64,000 bases of DNA from an uncultured Nitrososphaerales archaeon (GTDB taxonomy: Archaea > Thermoproteota > Nitrososphaeria > Nitrososphaerales > Nitrososphaeraceae): positions 1-64,000 of the forward strand of contig CAVPXM010000021.1 of the NCBI GenBank assembly GCA_963709405.1. Reading direction: 5' to 3'. Position 1 is the first letter of the stretch; each line of letters starts with the position of its first letter. Both the position numbers and the translations under genes were made by a program. This document shows positions 1 to 11,941 of this stretch, in pieces. A model generated the notes under the pieces. It made no database searches. It saw only the letters and a program-made list of their open reading frames with translations, and was not told the origin of the DNA.

Positions 1-133
1 CCAATAGGAACGAGAATATTAATTTACCAATGCTTCGATTATTTTGCTATAAAGCTTTTCTTGTGGACTGGAGTATAATCATAATTAAAATAATAATATT
101 AAATTATATTATAGAATTGTAGTATTTTTATTT

Positions 134-328
134 TTATTTGATTTCAATCCTAGTTCCATCAGCATTGTATCTATAGTCTTTACCTGCTTGTTCATCTGCT
201 GTCCTTTTGTGTGAACCATCACAGAAAGGTTGGTTGCTACTTAATCCGCACATACAAATCCACCTACTTTCATTTCCTACTTTGACTTCCGTCGGACCCC
301 TATCTTCTTTTCTAACAAATCTTGCCAT
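134..328 (-). CDS. CDGSH iron-sulfur (2Fe-2S) domain protein
   Basis: WICMCGLSSNQPFCDGSH matches the C-x-C-x2-S-x3-P-x-C-D-G-S-H motif. Confidence 0.9.
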   Translation of the reverse strand: MARFVRKEDRGPTEVKVGNESRWICMCGLSSNQPFCDGSHKRTADEQAGKDYRYNADGTRIEIK

Positions 329-1381
329 AGATAAATAGAAATTACACGCTATTATAAATTTGATACGAGGTCATGACTTATTTAATCTAAGCCATTAAAT
401 GAGTTGAGAAAACCTGGTTGTTGTTATTTCTCCTGCTTCCTCATTGTGTTTTCTAGTTTTTATCATTATAGTCAGATATTTTTGAATCTTTGTCAGATTC
501 TCTGCTAAAGGCCGACGATTTTAGATTCTGTTGGATTTACAGGATACAAACTATCAAGACAGATTGACCCTCCGATCGATGTGGAAGATTATCGGCTACA
601 GTTAGATATGCCAGAGCATTCTGCGGACTAGACCATTCTTTTGCGGAACGGCTCATGATAACAATTCTTAATAGGTGTAAAAAGCATTGTGGGTCCCAAT
701 GCATCGAAGTCCAAATCTGAAGTGCATTCGTAGTCGAAATGATTTAACATTAAAATGATCACGAAGCTTGTATTACCTCTTGTAATTTTCAGCATATAAA
801 AGAATGTTGGACTTTCATTAATCTGGACTTTATTTAAATCTGAAAAAGTAAGATTATATAACGATAGGATGGTCAACGACCAACAATAAATTATTTATTA
901 CGTGATTTTAGAAGATGGCTCATAGATGTATAGAACAACTTAGACTATTCAAAAATACTAAAAAGGCGTGCAAAATTGACAGATGTGGTAATCATTAGAT
1001 AATGTTCTGCTGATGAGGCTTTCAATCCGATAAAGGATTTACTTGACAAATGCCGTTCTATAGGCTAAGTAGAGTCTAATTCCAATTATGTAATCAATTA
1101 TAATATTAAGTCTTCAAACAATACTGGTTATCTACATATTAGTCTGAAAAAGCTAAAGGCAGAAAATACGTATTGGTATAATATGCTGACCTCTAATTAA
1201 TAACCGTAATAAAATTACGTGATATTGGCTATAAATAGATAATGTATTATTGATTCTTCTTTAACGATTCATTTAGAAGTTATCCAAGTACTAGTCCAAG
1301 TCAGTCTGACGAGAGAGAATATTAATTGCTTTTGGTGGATAGATAATTCGAAAGGATTCAAAAAAGATGATGAAGTGTAAT

Positions 1382-1587
1382 TTACAAACTTATTATGAGT
1401 TTACTGAAATGTTCTTTATTTTTAGATATTTCTTCGTTCCGCGTCTGCCCCGTATATCCATGGACTTATACCGTGCTTGTTTGCATTTTGTAATAATTGC
1501 TCTTCAGTCCAGCCATGCATCATATGTGTGCAGACCGGATCACCCTAATCTTTACTAGATCTGATAGTAGTTTTCTTCCGACTTCAA
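1382..1587 (-). pseudogene. Decayed DUF1059-like small metal-binding protein
   Basis: Manual translation across stops and shifts: ..KD*GDPVCTHMMHGWTEEQLLQNANKHGI/VHGYT..; the C..G.TEE.L....H...VHG pattern resembles DUF1059. Confidence 0.45.
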
Positions 1588-1796
1588 ACGAATGATTACC
1601 TGTTATCCCAATGGCTGCTTCTGTGTATGTATTGATGACCTCTATTATATAATCAGTGAAATAAATAGGTAAAATTATTGATTTAGATCTTCTGTTGTAA
1701 TATCAAGCAGTGTTTATTTTTTATGCTAGGAGAGGTTAGTTACCAATGTTAAATAAGATATAAATAGTCTAGTACAGAAAGACTACGAGAAAAACA

Positions 1797-2280
1797 ATGA
1801 ACACCTCAAAAATAATGACAGTTGTTGCTATCGTAGTTACAGCGGCAATCCTAGTATCATCAATCACACTAGCAAATACTGTGGTTGCAAAGAAAGGTAG
1901 CAGTAAAGGAAGCAGCAGTGGAAGTGGAAGCAGCAGTGGAAGTGGAAGCAGCAGTGGAAGCAGCAGTAGCGGAAGCAGTAGCAGGAGCAGTAGTTCATCC
2001 AAGAGTGATTATGACAAGTTCCAGAAATGTCTTTCCGATTTAGGTGGTTCCGCGACAAAAACGCAGATAAGAAGTTGCTTTAGCTCTACCTATGGAGGAA
2101 GCACTAGCAGCGGTAGCAGCGGTAGCAGCAGTAGCGGCGGTGGCAGCAGTAGCGGTAGCACAGCGGTAGCGGCGGTGCAGCGGTAGCGGCGGTAGCGGCG
2201 GTGGCGGTAGTAGCACCGGCAGTTCGGTAGCGGGCAGTGATACAAGCAACAACCCAGATAATACTAGTAGTAACAATTAG
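1797..2280 (+). CDS. Secreted Ser/Gly-rich protein with a small two-Cys helical domain (C-terminus frameshifted)
   Basis: Hydrophobic signal peptide; SG tracts flank YDKFQKCLSDLGG..QIRSCFSSTYG. The ORF stops at 2186, but the Ser/Gly codon pattern resumes after two 1-nt deletions (~2160, ~2177) and ends ..DTSNNPDNTSSNN* at 2280. Confidence 0.75.
1905..2215 (+). repeat. Coding low-complexity repeats (agc/agt/ggt/gga) encoding poly-Ser/Gly
   Basis: Repeated ggaagcagcagtggaagt and gcggtagc units. Confidence 0.85.
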
Positions 2281-2395
2281 AAAAGGCTAGACAAATCATA
2301 GTCATTATCTAATTCCTAATTCTTTTTCAAATTTTTTAACTGAAAGACAAACGGACACTGATAAATATTTATAACTTATCCAAAACGGCTTATCA

Positions 2396-2669
2396 ATGTG
2401 ATTTATAATTAGTGCAAATACCAGCGGAAGCCTGAAACACGATGGTAATGGATCCGAACTTCCTAAAGAATCTGGAAGAATATGTGGATAAAGCCAAACC
2501 AGACGCATCATAGTATTTTGAGGCTAAAGGCGAGAGGGTTAGGGCTTTCGTCGTAGAAATGAAAACAGCTGACCAGATACCTGAATTTGCTGAGCTATTA
2601 TTTCAAGGAATAAGTGTCAATGTGGAATTCCATTCTATAATGAGTTTCAACGATCTTAAGACATTCTGA
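2396..2669 (+). pseudogene. Pseudogene of a small conserved alpha/beta (GYD/DUF3303-like) protein
   Basis: Reconstructs as M*FIISA/IPAEA../MVMDPNFLKNLEEYVDKAKPDAS/YFEAKGERVRAFVVEMKTADQIPEFAELLFQGISVNVEFHSIMSFNDLKTF*, with stops and indels. Confidence 0.55.
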
Positions 2670-2699
2670 AAATGTCATAAAGCCAATCCAGACAGATAA

Positions 2700-3529
2700 A
2701 AAAAGCTAGGATTCCTCTGTTTTCTAACATGACAACTAATCACATATTTACAATCTGGCAACACATAGTTCTAGTTGCAATCCGACAGTATGAAGGTGAG
2801 TTATAGGATGTTTGATTGTCCATTGGCTCTTCGAGACGTATTACCTAAGGTCGTCTATACGGTTGTCACATATTCCACATTTTACAACGTTACAAAAAGT
2901 GACAGAAACAATTTACAATGCATTGCTTGAAAAGATAATTCCGTCGTTCATTGTAATTAGCGGTACCAATCATATCTTTGTAAGAATAGATTCGACTGGA
3001 TTTAGGGTTACACATCATCATAATACTATACGCATCGAAGAGGGTCGAGGAGATAAGAAAATATGCGAAATTATCTATTTGAGCTGATCTATTACTGCAA
3101 ATCATATGTTCGATTAAAATAAGATGGGCTCCTACAAGACACGACAACATGGATTTCAAACCAATCATAACAAGAATTTCTGAGATTGTTCCATTATCTC
3201 TAGTTACGAGTGGCAAGGCATGGATAATGAAGATAATCATGTATTGATAAGAAAAGGATATGCGTTCAGTGTTATTCTAGCTCGATATGATGAGATACAG
3301 ATATGGAGAACACATGGAAGATACAGAAATCAGATGAGAAGACATTGTAAAGTACTATGCAAACAAAGGAACAAGGATGAAACCATTGTTCCGTAACAAA
3401 ATGGCTGTTTGCAGAGCACTTGATGTCTAAATTAATTGAAGAGCAAAAAAGGGAAGTGTCTTTCAGATGCATAACCTACAATATGCACAGACTGGCTAAG
3501 CCCATAAAATCGATGTTTTCTACAAAGCC
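2700..3529 (+). mobile_element. Degraded IS5-family (DDE) element
   Basis: Fragments FTIWQHIVLVAIRQYEG, IPHFTTLQK, IDSTGF and IKIRWAPTRHD; IS-end-like gatgttttctacaaagcc at 3512-3529; many stops. Confidence 0.75.
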
Positions 3530-3769
3530 ATTAAACTCATGTAGCTTTTAGAAGGTAATAAGTCTGTCGAAGGAATTGATTGAAATACAATGAATAGTCC
3601 TATCGCAATCCTGTCGATCCATATTGACAGCGTTTTGTATACCCTTTAAACACTAGCAGGAGGATACGTTGATGAAATCTAGTAGTTTCTATGAATATAA
3701 TGGAACAAAGATCTCGTTTAGAATAATGGTGGAGCAACGGAATCTTGAAGCTTTATGACGTAGTTACAT

Positions 3770-3965
3770 TTCATGTAAGAAGACAAGCATATTGAACGGC
3801 ACTTGAAACGATACCTCGGAATAACAAAACATATTCCAGTTCTTTTCAAAAGGAATAAACCAAAAGAACAAACTCCATCTACGATTCAGACCTATACACA
3901 GAGATTTACTGTTGACGAACTGTTTCAAAGTTTGAGGACAAGAGTAATTAGTTATTTTCTCTAAG
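3770..3965 (+). pseudogene. Possible IS4-superfamily transposase C-terminal remnant
   Basis: IQTYTQRFTVDELFQSLR loosely resembles the Y-x2-R-x3-E-x6-K motif; weak. Confidence 0.25.
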
Positions 3966-4073
3966 CTCATGACAAGCTGCAAACCTCATCTCGTGCTTCT
4001 TGAAAATATTTATTATGGTATTACTGTTTCTTGCAGTTAACGTACTAGGAGTTCAAAAGATCATAGAATAATT

Positions 4074-4850
4074 ATGAGTTATCTTAAATATGTATGCGTT
4101 CATTATACTATTGAAAAATTGAATTTATTCACGTATTGGAAAAGGAAAAATAATCAGAGGTCTGAGTTGAATAACTATCCTATTAGTAAAAAAAGCAATA
4201 GCAATAGTATATTCGGTGACATTATTGGCTATACCGATGTGAAGGAATTGTTCGACATGTCAATTAACGCGCAAAAACCAGTACACATTCTTTTGTGTGG
4301 ACCTCCGGCATCGGCTAAATCGATATTTATGACATGCCTTACAAGCCTCGAAAGATCATACTATGCGGTAGGAAGCAGCTCTACTAAATCTGGGATCTTT
4401 GATTATCTGTTTGAAAATAGGCCGCGCTATTTTATTATTGACGAAATTGAGAAAATGAATAAGAAAGATCAAGTTAGTCTACTCAATTTGATGGAATCTG
4501 GGATATTATCCGAATTGAAACATAATCATAATAGGTCGACTCAATTAAAGACATGGGTTTTCGCTAGTGCTAACAGTATAGAAAAATTATTGTATCCACT
4601 GCAAACAAGATTTACGATTATTAATATAAAACCATACACAGAAGAAGAATTTATCGATATTTCAATTCAGATTCTAGAAAAAGAGGGTATAGATAGAGAT
4701 ATCGCAGTCATAATTGCGGAAGCAGTATTTAACAGACTCAAAAGCCGCAATATCAGGGAATGTATAAGAATTGCTAGATTAGCTGGTGGGAGTGATGCTT
4801 CTAGAGCCCGAAAGGTTATCAATACTTTTGTAAAGTACAGTGAAAGTTAA
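4074..4850 (+). CDS. Stand-alone AAA+ ATPase (RuvB/MCM-like)
   Basis: Walker A GPPASAKS, Walker B FIIDE, sensor ASAN, arginine finger LQTRF, lid NIREC. Confidence 0.85.
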   Translation: MSYLKYVCVHYTIEKLNLFTYWKRKNNQRSELNNYPISKKSNSNSIFGDIIGYTDVKELFDMSINAQKPVHILLCGPPASAKSIFMTCLTSLERSYYAVGSSSTKSGIFDYLFENRPRYFIIDEIEKMNKKDQVSLLNLMESGILSELKHNHNRSTQLKTWVFASANSIEKLLYPLQTRFTIINIKPYTEEEFIDISIQILEKEGIDRDIAVIIAEAVFNRLKSRNIRECIRIARLAGGSDASRARKVINTFVKYSES

Positions 4851-5249
4851 TTTCTCCATATCCTCACAAAATATTAAGCAAGTTTAGCTATGATGGCAGT
4901 ACAGATTTATAGGCTCCACAAAAGAGAATGAGCTTTGATACACTTCTGTTGCCAAATAATGCATAGTTTGGGCGTTAAACCGGAGTTTAACAATTGACGC
5001 CATCCCAGAAGCGCTCCGTTGGTTGTTACTAATATCAAGAGGTTAGTTTTAGAATACAGGAGATTTCGATTCGACTTCTGTGGCAAATCGAAGTACGAAG
5101 TTTCAAATCTAAAGCGTGGGTCTTGAATTCCCATTAGGATATTGTGAATAGATGACGCGAGCATAGTTACTTCGAGCTCTTAACAATCAATCGATGGTGA
5201 AAGAATCAAGATGAATAAATAAAACTTACACAGGGGATTTCGTACACAC

Positions 5250-5594
5250 GTGACATTTAATAATACGGGGATATGTTTAACTATTAATATTGGTGATCCG
5301 AAAGTGGGAAATACCGATGAAATAAATCTCGGTACATCTGGGACAAAGCAATTTATTCCAAAGGAAAAGGAGAATCCAAAGAATAGAGAAACAATATTTG
5401 TTTTGTGTGATTCATGTTTTTGGTCTGCAACCTTCTTCGGTAACTTGATGCTTCATGGAGTCGCCTGTCCCAATTGCCGAAACACAGAACTTTCTAGCTT
5501 TCCCATATTGGCAAACGAATCATTCGTTCTTAATCATGGTGGGAAACGGGGAGTAGAGTTGATATTCAGCCCGAGAATACAAAGTAGACATTAG
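5250..5594 (+). CDS. Small zinc-ribbon protein (CxxC..CxxC)
   Basis: FVLCDSCFWSAT..CPNC..RGVELIFS; start uncertain. Confidence 0.65.
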   Translation: MTFNNTGICLTINIGDPKVGNTDEINLGTSGTKQFIPKEKENPKNRETIFVLCDSCFWSATFFGNLMLHGVACPNCRNTELSSFPILANESFVLNHGGKRGVELIFSPRIQSRH

Positions 5595-5927
5595 GATTCA
5601 ACACCATTGTATTCTTACATATGGTGCTACCTGGAATGAGGCAATATTATTTCTTTGTTTATGAATCTTCGTATTTTTTCATTCATAATTGGATAAAAAC
5701 GACCGATCTGATACTGTAGCAGGGCCTTTCTGCATCGCCGTAAATAATTTTTAGCTATGATCTGTCAAAGATACGCAATCACAAGCGTGCAATATCAATC
5801 TCCAAATCTCCCTTGGCAATTCACAGAATTCTCGGATCCTGTGTTAGATTGACAAAAGACCACCTAAGAAATTTATATAGCAAGTCGCCGCCCTTTTAAC
5901 AGCTGTGCTTCTGCCATAAAACAATAA

Positions 5928-6823
5928 CTAATTGAACATTAGTCTATCTCTTAATTCCTTAGTTCTATTTCTAACGGTTACTTCGGTAACTCCAGCAGCA
6001 GCTGCCAATGGTTGATTGGGTAACAACTTCTCCATTTTTGAGACTGGATAGATAGAGCACAGAAGCAGCAAGTCCCATAGGATCCTTTCCTGCAGATATC
6101 TCTTCTTTCGTGACATTGCTCATGATCTGAGTCGCATGCCGTTTCGTCTTCTCACTTAGTTTAACCCTATTCGCAACCTTAGCGATGCATTTCATGGGGT
6201 CAGGTTGGGGGATTTTAAGGTCAAGTCGATTGCAAAGTACTCTGAAATCCTTTGATAGCTCTTTACGCTTTATGCTACATTCAGTTGCGATATCATTTAT
6301 AGTTCGATGTACTCCCATCTCTCTACACGAAATATATATGGCGGCTGCTAAAACTCCAGAGATGGTTCTACCACGTGTAATTTTTTTCGACTGGGCCTTT
6401 CTGTAGATGTATGCTGCCTTTCTCTACTATGCTGTCTGAGAGTCCGAGTTTATCCTTTAAAACATCTAATCTAAAGAATGCTTGTCTAAGACTTCTGTCT
6501 TTGGGATTATGTTGTTGGGATCTCAAGTCCCAGGTAGCTAACCTGTTCATCCTAGTACGCATAACTGTGTCAAGTTTGTTACCGCTAGCATCCCTGTCTG
6601 TTCTCCCGATTACTGTCGACAATCCCATATCATGACGAGCTAGCGAATGCCGACTTCCGATACGTGTTCCTGTTTTAGATTCATCTACGAAGAATCTATG
6701 CCACTCTGATTCAATATCTTGTAACTTATCAGAAATTACACGACCACAATTATCGCAAATCACCTCGCCTGACGCAGAATCAGTAATTATCCTTTCATTC
6801 TTACAACCTGGGCATTTAGGCAC
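5928..6823 (-). CDS. tfb: Transcription initiation factor IIB paralogue with two +1 frameshifts (pseudogene or sequencing error)
   Basis: Zn ribbon CPGC..CDNCG, B-reader HDMGLST, cyclin repeats, GKDPMGLAASVLY, AGVTEVTVRNR; frame breaks near 6418 and 6009. Confidence 0.9.
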
Positions 6824-6934
6824 ACTGGCAGAATTTGTTATTTGGTTGTTTGAAGGTGTCCTATCATATAATTCTATAACTACGCTAACATCACCATATC
6901 TAATATAATTAGGTAATTACATATAAATGATATA

Positions 6935-6958
6935 GTAAGTTAAAAATTACCAACTTAC
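6935..6958. promoter_or_regulatory. Inverted repeat GTAAGTT-N10-AACTTAC, candidate HxlR operator
   Basis: Perfect 7-bp inverted repeat in the divergent tfb/hxlR intergenic region. Confidence 0.35.
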
Positions 6959-7030
6959 GATCAGGTTAGTTAGCAACTTTGGCTAGTCAGATAACTATAT
7001 AGCCTAAAACTACCAACCTTTATTCGAGAG

Positions 7031-7525
7031 ATGAAGGCTCGTAGACCTGATGTAACAAATTCTGGAACAACAACAATGTCACCAACCAAAAGGAATCCCA
7101 CTGCAACAGAGGACCATACAGGTAGGAGCGATACTTCGTTGAAATGCTGCCCTATCAACAACACCTTTGGTATTATTGGGAAAAAGTTCACAATTTTGAT
7201 TCTGCGAAATATGATATACGGCAAACAATCTAGGTTCAATCAATTATTAAGTTCCATAGAAAATGGGAATCCTAAGACTCTTTCCACAAGGCTAAAGGAA
7301 ATGGAAAAATATGGATTGATCAAACGCGTAGTCTATTCCAACGAAAAGCCTGTCCGGGTAGAATACGAGCCAGTTGAAAAAGGGTTAGCGTTGCAACCGA
7401 TCCTCGATATGATGGCGGCATATTCAATGAAGTATTGTAGTAAGGATATCTTTAAAGATGCGAGGGCCAGAAAATTCCGAGAAGTATATGGCATAGAAAT
7501 GGCTAAATTCCCTTCTTCTGGCTAA
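7031..7525 (+). CDS. HxlR-family winged-helix regulator
   Basis: CPINNTFGIIGKKFTILILR..RFNQL..PKTLSTRLKEME..PVRVEY. Confidence 0.9.
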   Translation: MKARRPDVTNSGTTTMSPTKRNPTATEDHTGRSDTSLKCCPINNTFGIIGKKFTILILRNMIYGKQSRFNQLLSSIENGNPKTLSTRLKEMEKYGLIKRVVYSNEKPVRVEYEPVEKGLALQPILDMMAAYSMKYCSKDIFKDARARKFREVYGIEMAKFPSSG

Positions 7526-8446
7526 AATCCAATATGCCTGCCATTGCGTTTCTTGGAATTTGGAAGAGATCCACAATCGTTCTATAAACTGTACTTGGTA
7601 ACAAAATAGGCAGAATCAGTTTAGTCGTTCGTATACGTGTGATGGCCTTGATTATTCGACAAGAATGGAAGCCTCGAGGATGTATTAAATCGCACTAGGG
7701 TTCTTCATTTCTTAGTTGACAAATAATCTATTGTGTGCTTTATTTTGATTAAAAGATACGAATGGAAGATACTGTATGATTGACAAGCTTTATGCCAATC
7801 AGTCTAAATTGTTTAGGATTCGTTTTCCTCATCATTAATCCAGACTGATAATTCTAATAATCTGATATTTCTGATTAACAAAAATTAGAGACAGAGCATG
7901 ACGATACATTCACATTATCACTGTCTCAATATGTTACCTGCTCTATGTGATACACACGGCAGAAACTATTCAATTGAGTAGTACATCGCAACTGAAGAAG
8001 GAGGGCCTTAGTCGGTAGCTTGACATTTCTCTGGTTATATAAGCGAATTCAAACTAGGAAAAAGGGACGATCCGCTAGACATAAACATAACAAGATACAA
8101 AGCAATAAGAATTCATAATACCTACTTCAGATATCTATATTCGGCGTCATCAATTGAACTATCGTGATCTATAAGAACTGTACTTTCAATCGTCACTTGG
8201 TCTGCGCGATATTTAGAATAAGTATTTTGTTCTGATATCGTAGCCCTTAGGAATCGTTTTGTAGATTTCTAAGATTCTGGATCATTGTAAGATGGCCGGA
8301 ATAGATCGAAATAGGACTAGAATGCTAAGTCTAACAGTTTGTATCTATGTTAAGATTTACGAGGGGTCAATATACACTTATGTGAATATAGACACGTTCA
8401 AAAAAAGGGTGTTGAATCGAAGTATGTTATACCTTGCTCTATTCGG

Positions 8447-9076
8447 TTATCCCGCATTGGTCGCATTAAAGGTAGATAAGCTTTTAAGATCGTTGACCAT
8501 CTTTCCCTGTGTACCTACAACATTTACAGAGTAGGTTGCAGTAAAGTCTTTATTCTTGCCTCCTCCAGTGTTAACTAATTCAATAGCATTACCAGTGAAT
8601 GGAACGGAGCCAGATTTACCTGATGAACCTAAAGTTGTGAGTGCGACAGTATCTTTTCCTAGCTTTATCATGTCATTTTGACTTCCAAACTCCTTAGGGA
8701 TCGCTGTTTTATTGTCTAGTCTTACAAAGTTCCATACAATTACGTTTACTGGTTTACTTGCTTGATATGTGAGTATCCCAGAGTAAACTCCCCGATCGTT
8801 TCTCGGACCCAGTATAACTGCCGTATGCTCATTTTCATGTCCTGGTAATTTACTTGCTGACGAGGACACGCTTCCTTGCCACACGACATTTTGGTTTAGT
8901 GCTGGAGTAGGCTGACCACTGCCTCCTTGGGCAAAGGCCACTTGATTAACGAAGTGCGTCCCAGTAATAACTGTTGTTGATGAAATTAGTAAAGCCATTG
9001 AAGCAGTTATAATTACGGCTGCTAAAGCCATATTCCTCGATTTTGTAATCATCGCTAGCAAGGAGACGAGATTCAA
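8447..9076 (-). CDS. Exported hypothetical protein
   Basis: Signal-peptide-like N-terminus ending in AFAQ, followed by a beta-rich body. Confidence 0.75.
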   Translation of the reverse strand: MNLVSLLAMITKSRNMALAAVIITASMALLISSTTVITGTHFVNQVAFAQGGSGQPTPALNQNVVWQGSVSSSASKLPGHENEHTAVILGPRNDRGVYSGILTYQASKPVNVIVWNFVRLDNKTAIPKEFGSQNDMIKLGKDTVALTTLGSSGKSGSVPFTGNAIELVNTGGGKNKDFTATYSVNVVGTQGKMVNDLKSLSTFNATNAG

Positions 9077-9162
9077 TTATATACTATTATGTGTAATATT
9101 ATATAGCATTACCCCAAATGCAATTCACAACAGTACAGAACAAGTTAATTCTCACCCAAGAC

Positions 9163-9925
9163 CTCTACTCTGTAAAATTACTCATTTTTATTAAAAAATA
9201 CAGTTACAGTGTTGGAAATATTAATCCTTGGGAATTAGCTTGTAGCGTTATTATGTAATTAACATGGTAGTTGTGACTTATGCCGTTAAACAAGTCATGG
9301 CATGATTACAATGAGTCATTAATTGAACGTGGATATATTCTGATGGATATCGGGTTTCTCAGATCTTGGACTAAGGAGGTAAAGAAAATGAATCAAGATA
9401 AGGTTGGAGCTCCATTTGAATATTCTGATGTTTACATCGAGTTTCTAGCATTTCTTAAGGTTGGATTTAGGGTTGCTTATAGAACTATCCAAGGAATAGT
9501 AAGAGGATTGTCTGAATATATAAGGATTGAAGAAATTCATTTTACACAGATAAGGAGAAAGATACTAGAGATTAAACCATCTGCAAGAAATCTAGATCTA
9601 AATCTAGATAATGATGAAGATGACAAGAAGCCCATGACAGTGATAGTTGATGCTTATGTTCTTACTATAACAAAGTAAGGAGATTATATAGAACAAAAAT
9701 GGATCAGGAAGAAAAAAGAATTTATCAAGCTACATATTGCAGTCGATACCAGATCAGAGAAGATCGTATTCTACAGAGTACCTAAAGGTAATGTTCATGA
9801 TTTCAAAGAGTTTAATTCTATGGTAAGAGAGGTATCTGAGGAATATTATATTGACAAGGTTTATGCTGATAAGGCTCATGATATAGAAGGAGTTTTAACT
9901 TTGTTAGATGACCTGAATATAAGGA
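9163..9925 (+). mobile_element. IS5-family (IS903-like) transposase pseudogene, 3' truncated
   Basis: WHDYNESLIERG..YRTIQG..VIVDA; in-frame TAA at 9676-9678, then FIKLHIAVD..NVHD..YADKAHD. Confidence 0.85.
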
Positions 9926-10173
9926 TATACGTCATGCACTGTGATACATATTCGATGTCCCTCTTGATGTCTATCATAGATCATCTAAAAAATTAACTGA
10001 GATCTTTTTGAGGCACTGATTGTATCTAAGATTAATAATATTATCAAGTGATGAGATCGAACGCTCTTAATATAAGATTGCAATCCAAAAGGATGAAAGA
10101 ATAGGAAAAGGAAATGGTTGGTTGATTCCAATGAATTGAATGAAGGACTACCTAATCCATATAAGGCATTTAC

Positions 10174-10644
10174 TCACGAGCCTTGCAGGGCATCACAGCA
10201 TGGAAGAACAAGTTCGAATGGCGAACTGCTACCAGCCTGTGCGTTCGCTTGACTAGCTAACCCAGGATGATTATTGCTTCCACCAGGAGTATTGTTACTG
10301 ACACTTTTGTGACTAACACCTTTGTTGTCAGGGCTTCTACCCATGTCGTTATTAGCAACTTTGCCGCCGTCATTATGATGACTGATATCTAACCCTGCAG
10401 GTTGGATTCCAATAACATTTACTGCGTTACCGTGACCGGAAACGATGTTATTTAAGGCTTGACATTTAATGTCGAGAGGCAATGTACCTTGCCCACATTG
10501 GTTATTCTCAGTTGTCGTTTGTCTTGTCTCCTTGTATTTGTTATGGTGTGCAAATGCTGTATACGTATGGCTTGTCGTTGTCGAAATAACTAACAACAAT
10601 GCTGCTGAAATTGCTATAATTGCCGAAGTAGTTCTGTTATTCAT
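10174..10644 (-). CDS. Exported hypothetical protein
   Basis: Signal peptide ending in AFA; NQCG..KCQ Cys pair; Asn/Gly-rich tail. Confidence 0.7.
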   Translation of the reverse strand: MNNRTTSAIIAISAALLLVISTTTSHTYTAFAHHNKYKETRQTTTENNQCGQGTLPLDIKCQALNNIVSGHGNAVNVIGIQPAGLDISHHNDGGKVANNDMGRSPDNKGVSHKSVSNNTPGGSNNHPGLASQANAQAGSSSPFELVLPCCDALQGS

Positions 10645-11941
10645 TTACGATTACCTACTAAAACAATCTATAATGATGCTTTATCTGCATTAAGAGAATA
10701 TCTGCCTAAACAAAGAACTATGGGTAGATTACTTCACAATTTATTAGATAATCAACTTGTAAACAACATAAAGAAGATAATGCTGGTGAGAGCTTTTAAA
10801 TGTAATGTTATTGGAGATTTTCGAATCCTATTTTTACTAATAACATATGTTGTTCTCAATTATATCTTGGTTGTCAGAATCTTTGAATTATGATTAAAGA
10901 AGTCCTATATTGTCCGACGGTTTATGGGTAATTCCTTTTTTATTACTAAGAGTGCATTAGTACGATTTTGTTATATTATGAATTGAGCTACAAGTACTAT
11001 CCAAACTATATGAAACTAAATAACAGATAACTCACCCACCTAATAGTGCAGTAGCGATGATTTTAAACATAATCTGTAACCAAACCAAATAATCCTCAAC
11101 TGAAGATCTGAAGGTAAATTCTTGCAAAATCGTTCTAAAGTAACTTAGATCTCAGATGGTAGTCAATGCAGTGTTATGAATGTGCATTACTCAATTATCT
11201 TCGATTATAGAAATCTGAGTTTGGCGTACACTGAACGATTTAGAAAGATTCGAGGTTATCAACAATGTCTGCCTTTTCATAGATATTTACTGCACTCTTG
11301 TCAAAAGTTTCACAATCGCTCGGCAACCCAATAGGCTCGGCAGACAGAGATTTCCCGATGTGAATTGTCAGACTAATATGTAACTCATGATGACTTGTTT
11401 TATCGTTGTTTTTTGACTGCATGTTATGACGTACACATGGCTCTGTAATGGGGCATATCTAATAATAAGGGTGAAAAAATATAGTCGGTTTAATTAATTG
11501 ACAGATTAATACTTTATGTATATCAGTATCTAATACCTAATTTAGTCTCGTGAAACCGTTAGGTCTAGCACATTACCAAACCACTATAGACCAGCCGGTA
11601 TAATTAATTCTCATTCTGAATACCGTTTCGTATAAACTCCAGGACCAAGCCAAGTTGCAGTAATTGCTGAATGTGTGGATTTTCCCTTAAAGATATATTC
11701 AAGAATTAATTCTGGCTAACTTTATTATTGAAATTGCGATAACCTTTTTACGGTTTATAACCCAAAATGTGCTATGAAGAGGAGAAAAAGCCACTAGGGG
11801 ATAGAAGCTATTGGCTTGTTCCGAAGAAAACTGGGTAATGACGTTCTCTTAAACTCTACTACTGAACACAGAAGCATCTACAATTACAAAGAACGTTTAG
11901 CAGGGCAAGTAAGTTAATAAAACGAGAAAATGACTTAAGCA

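Noticed and set aside
1769-2276. Minus-strand Leu/Pro-rich and Ala/Thr-rich ORFs (1769-2002, 1864-2058, 2040-2276)
   Set aside because: Antisense shadows of the Ser/Gly codon repeats
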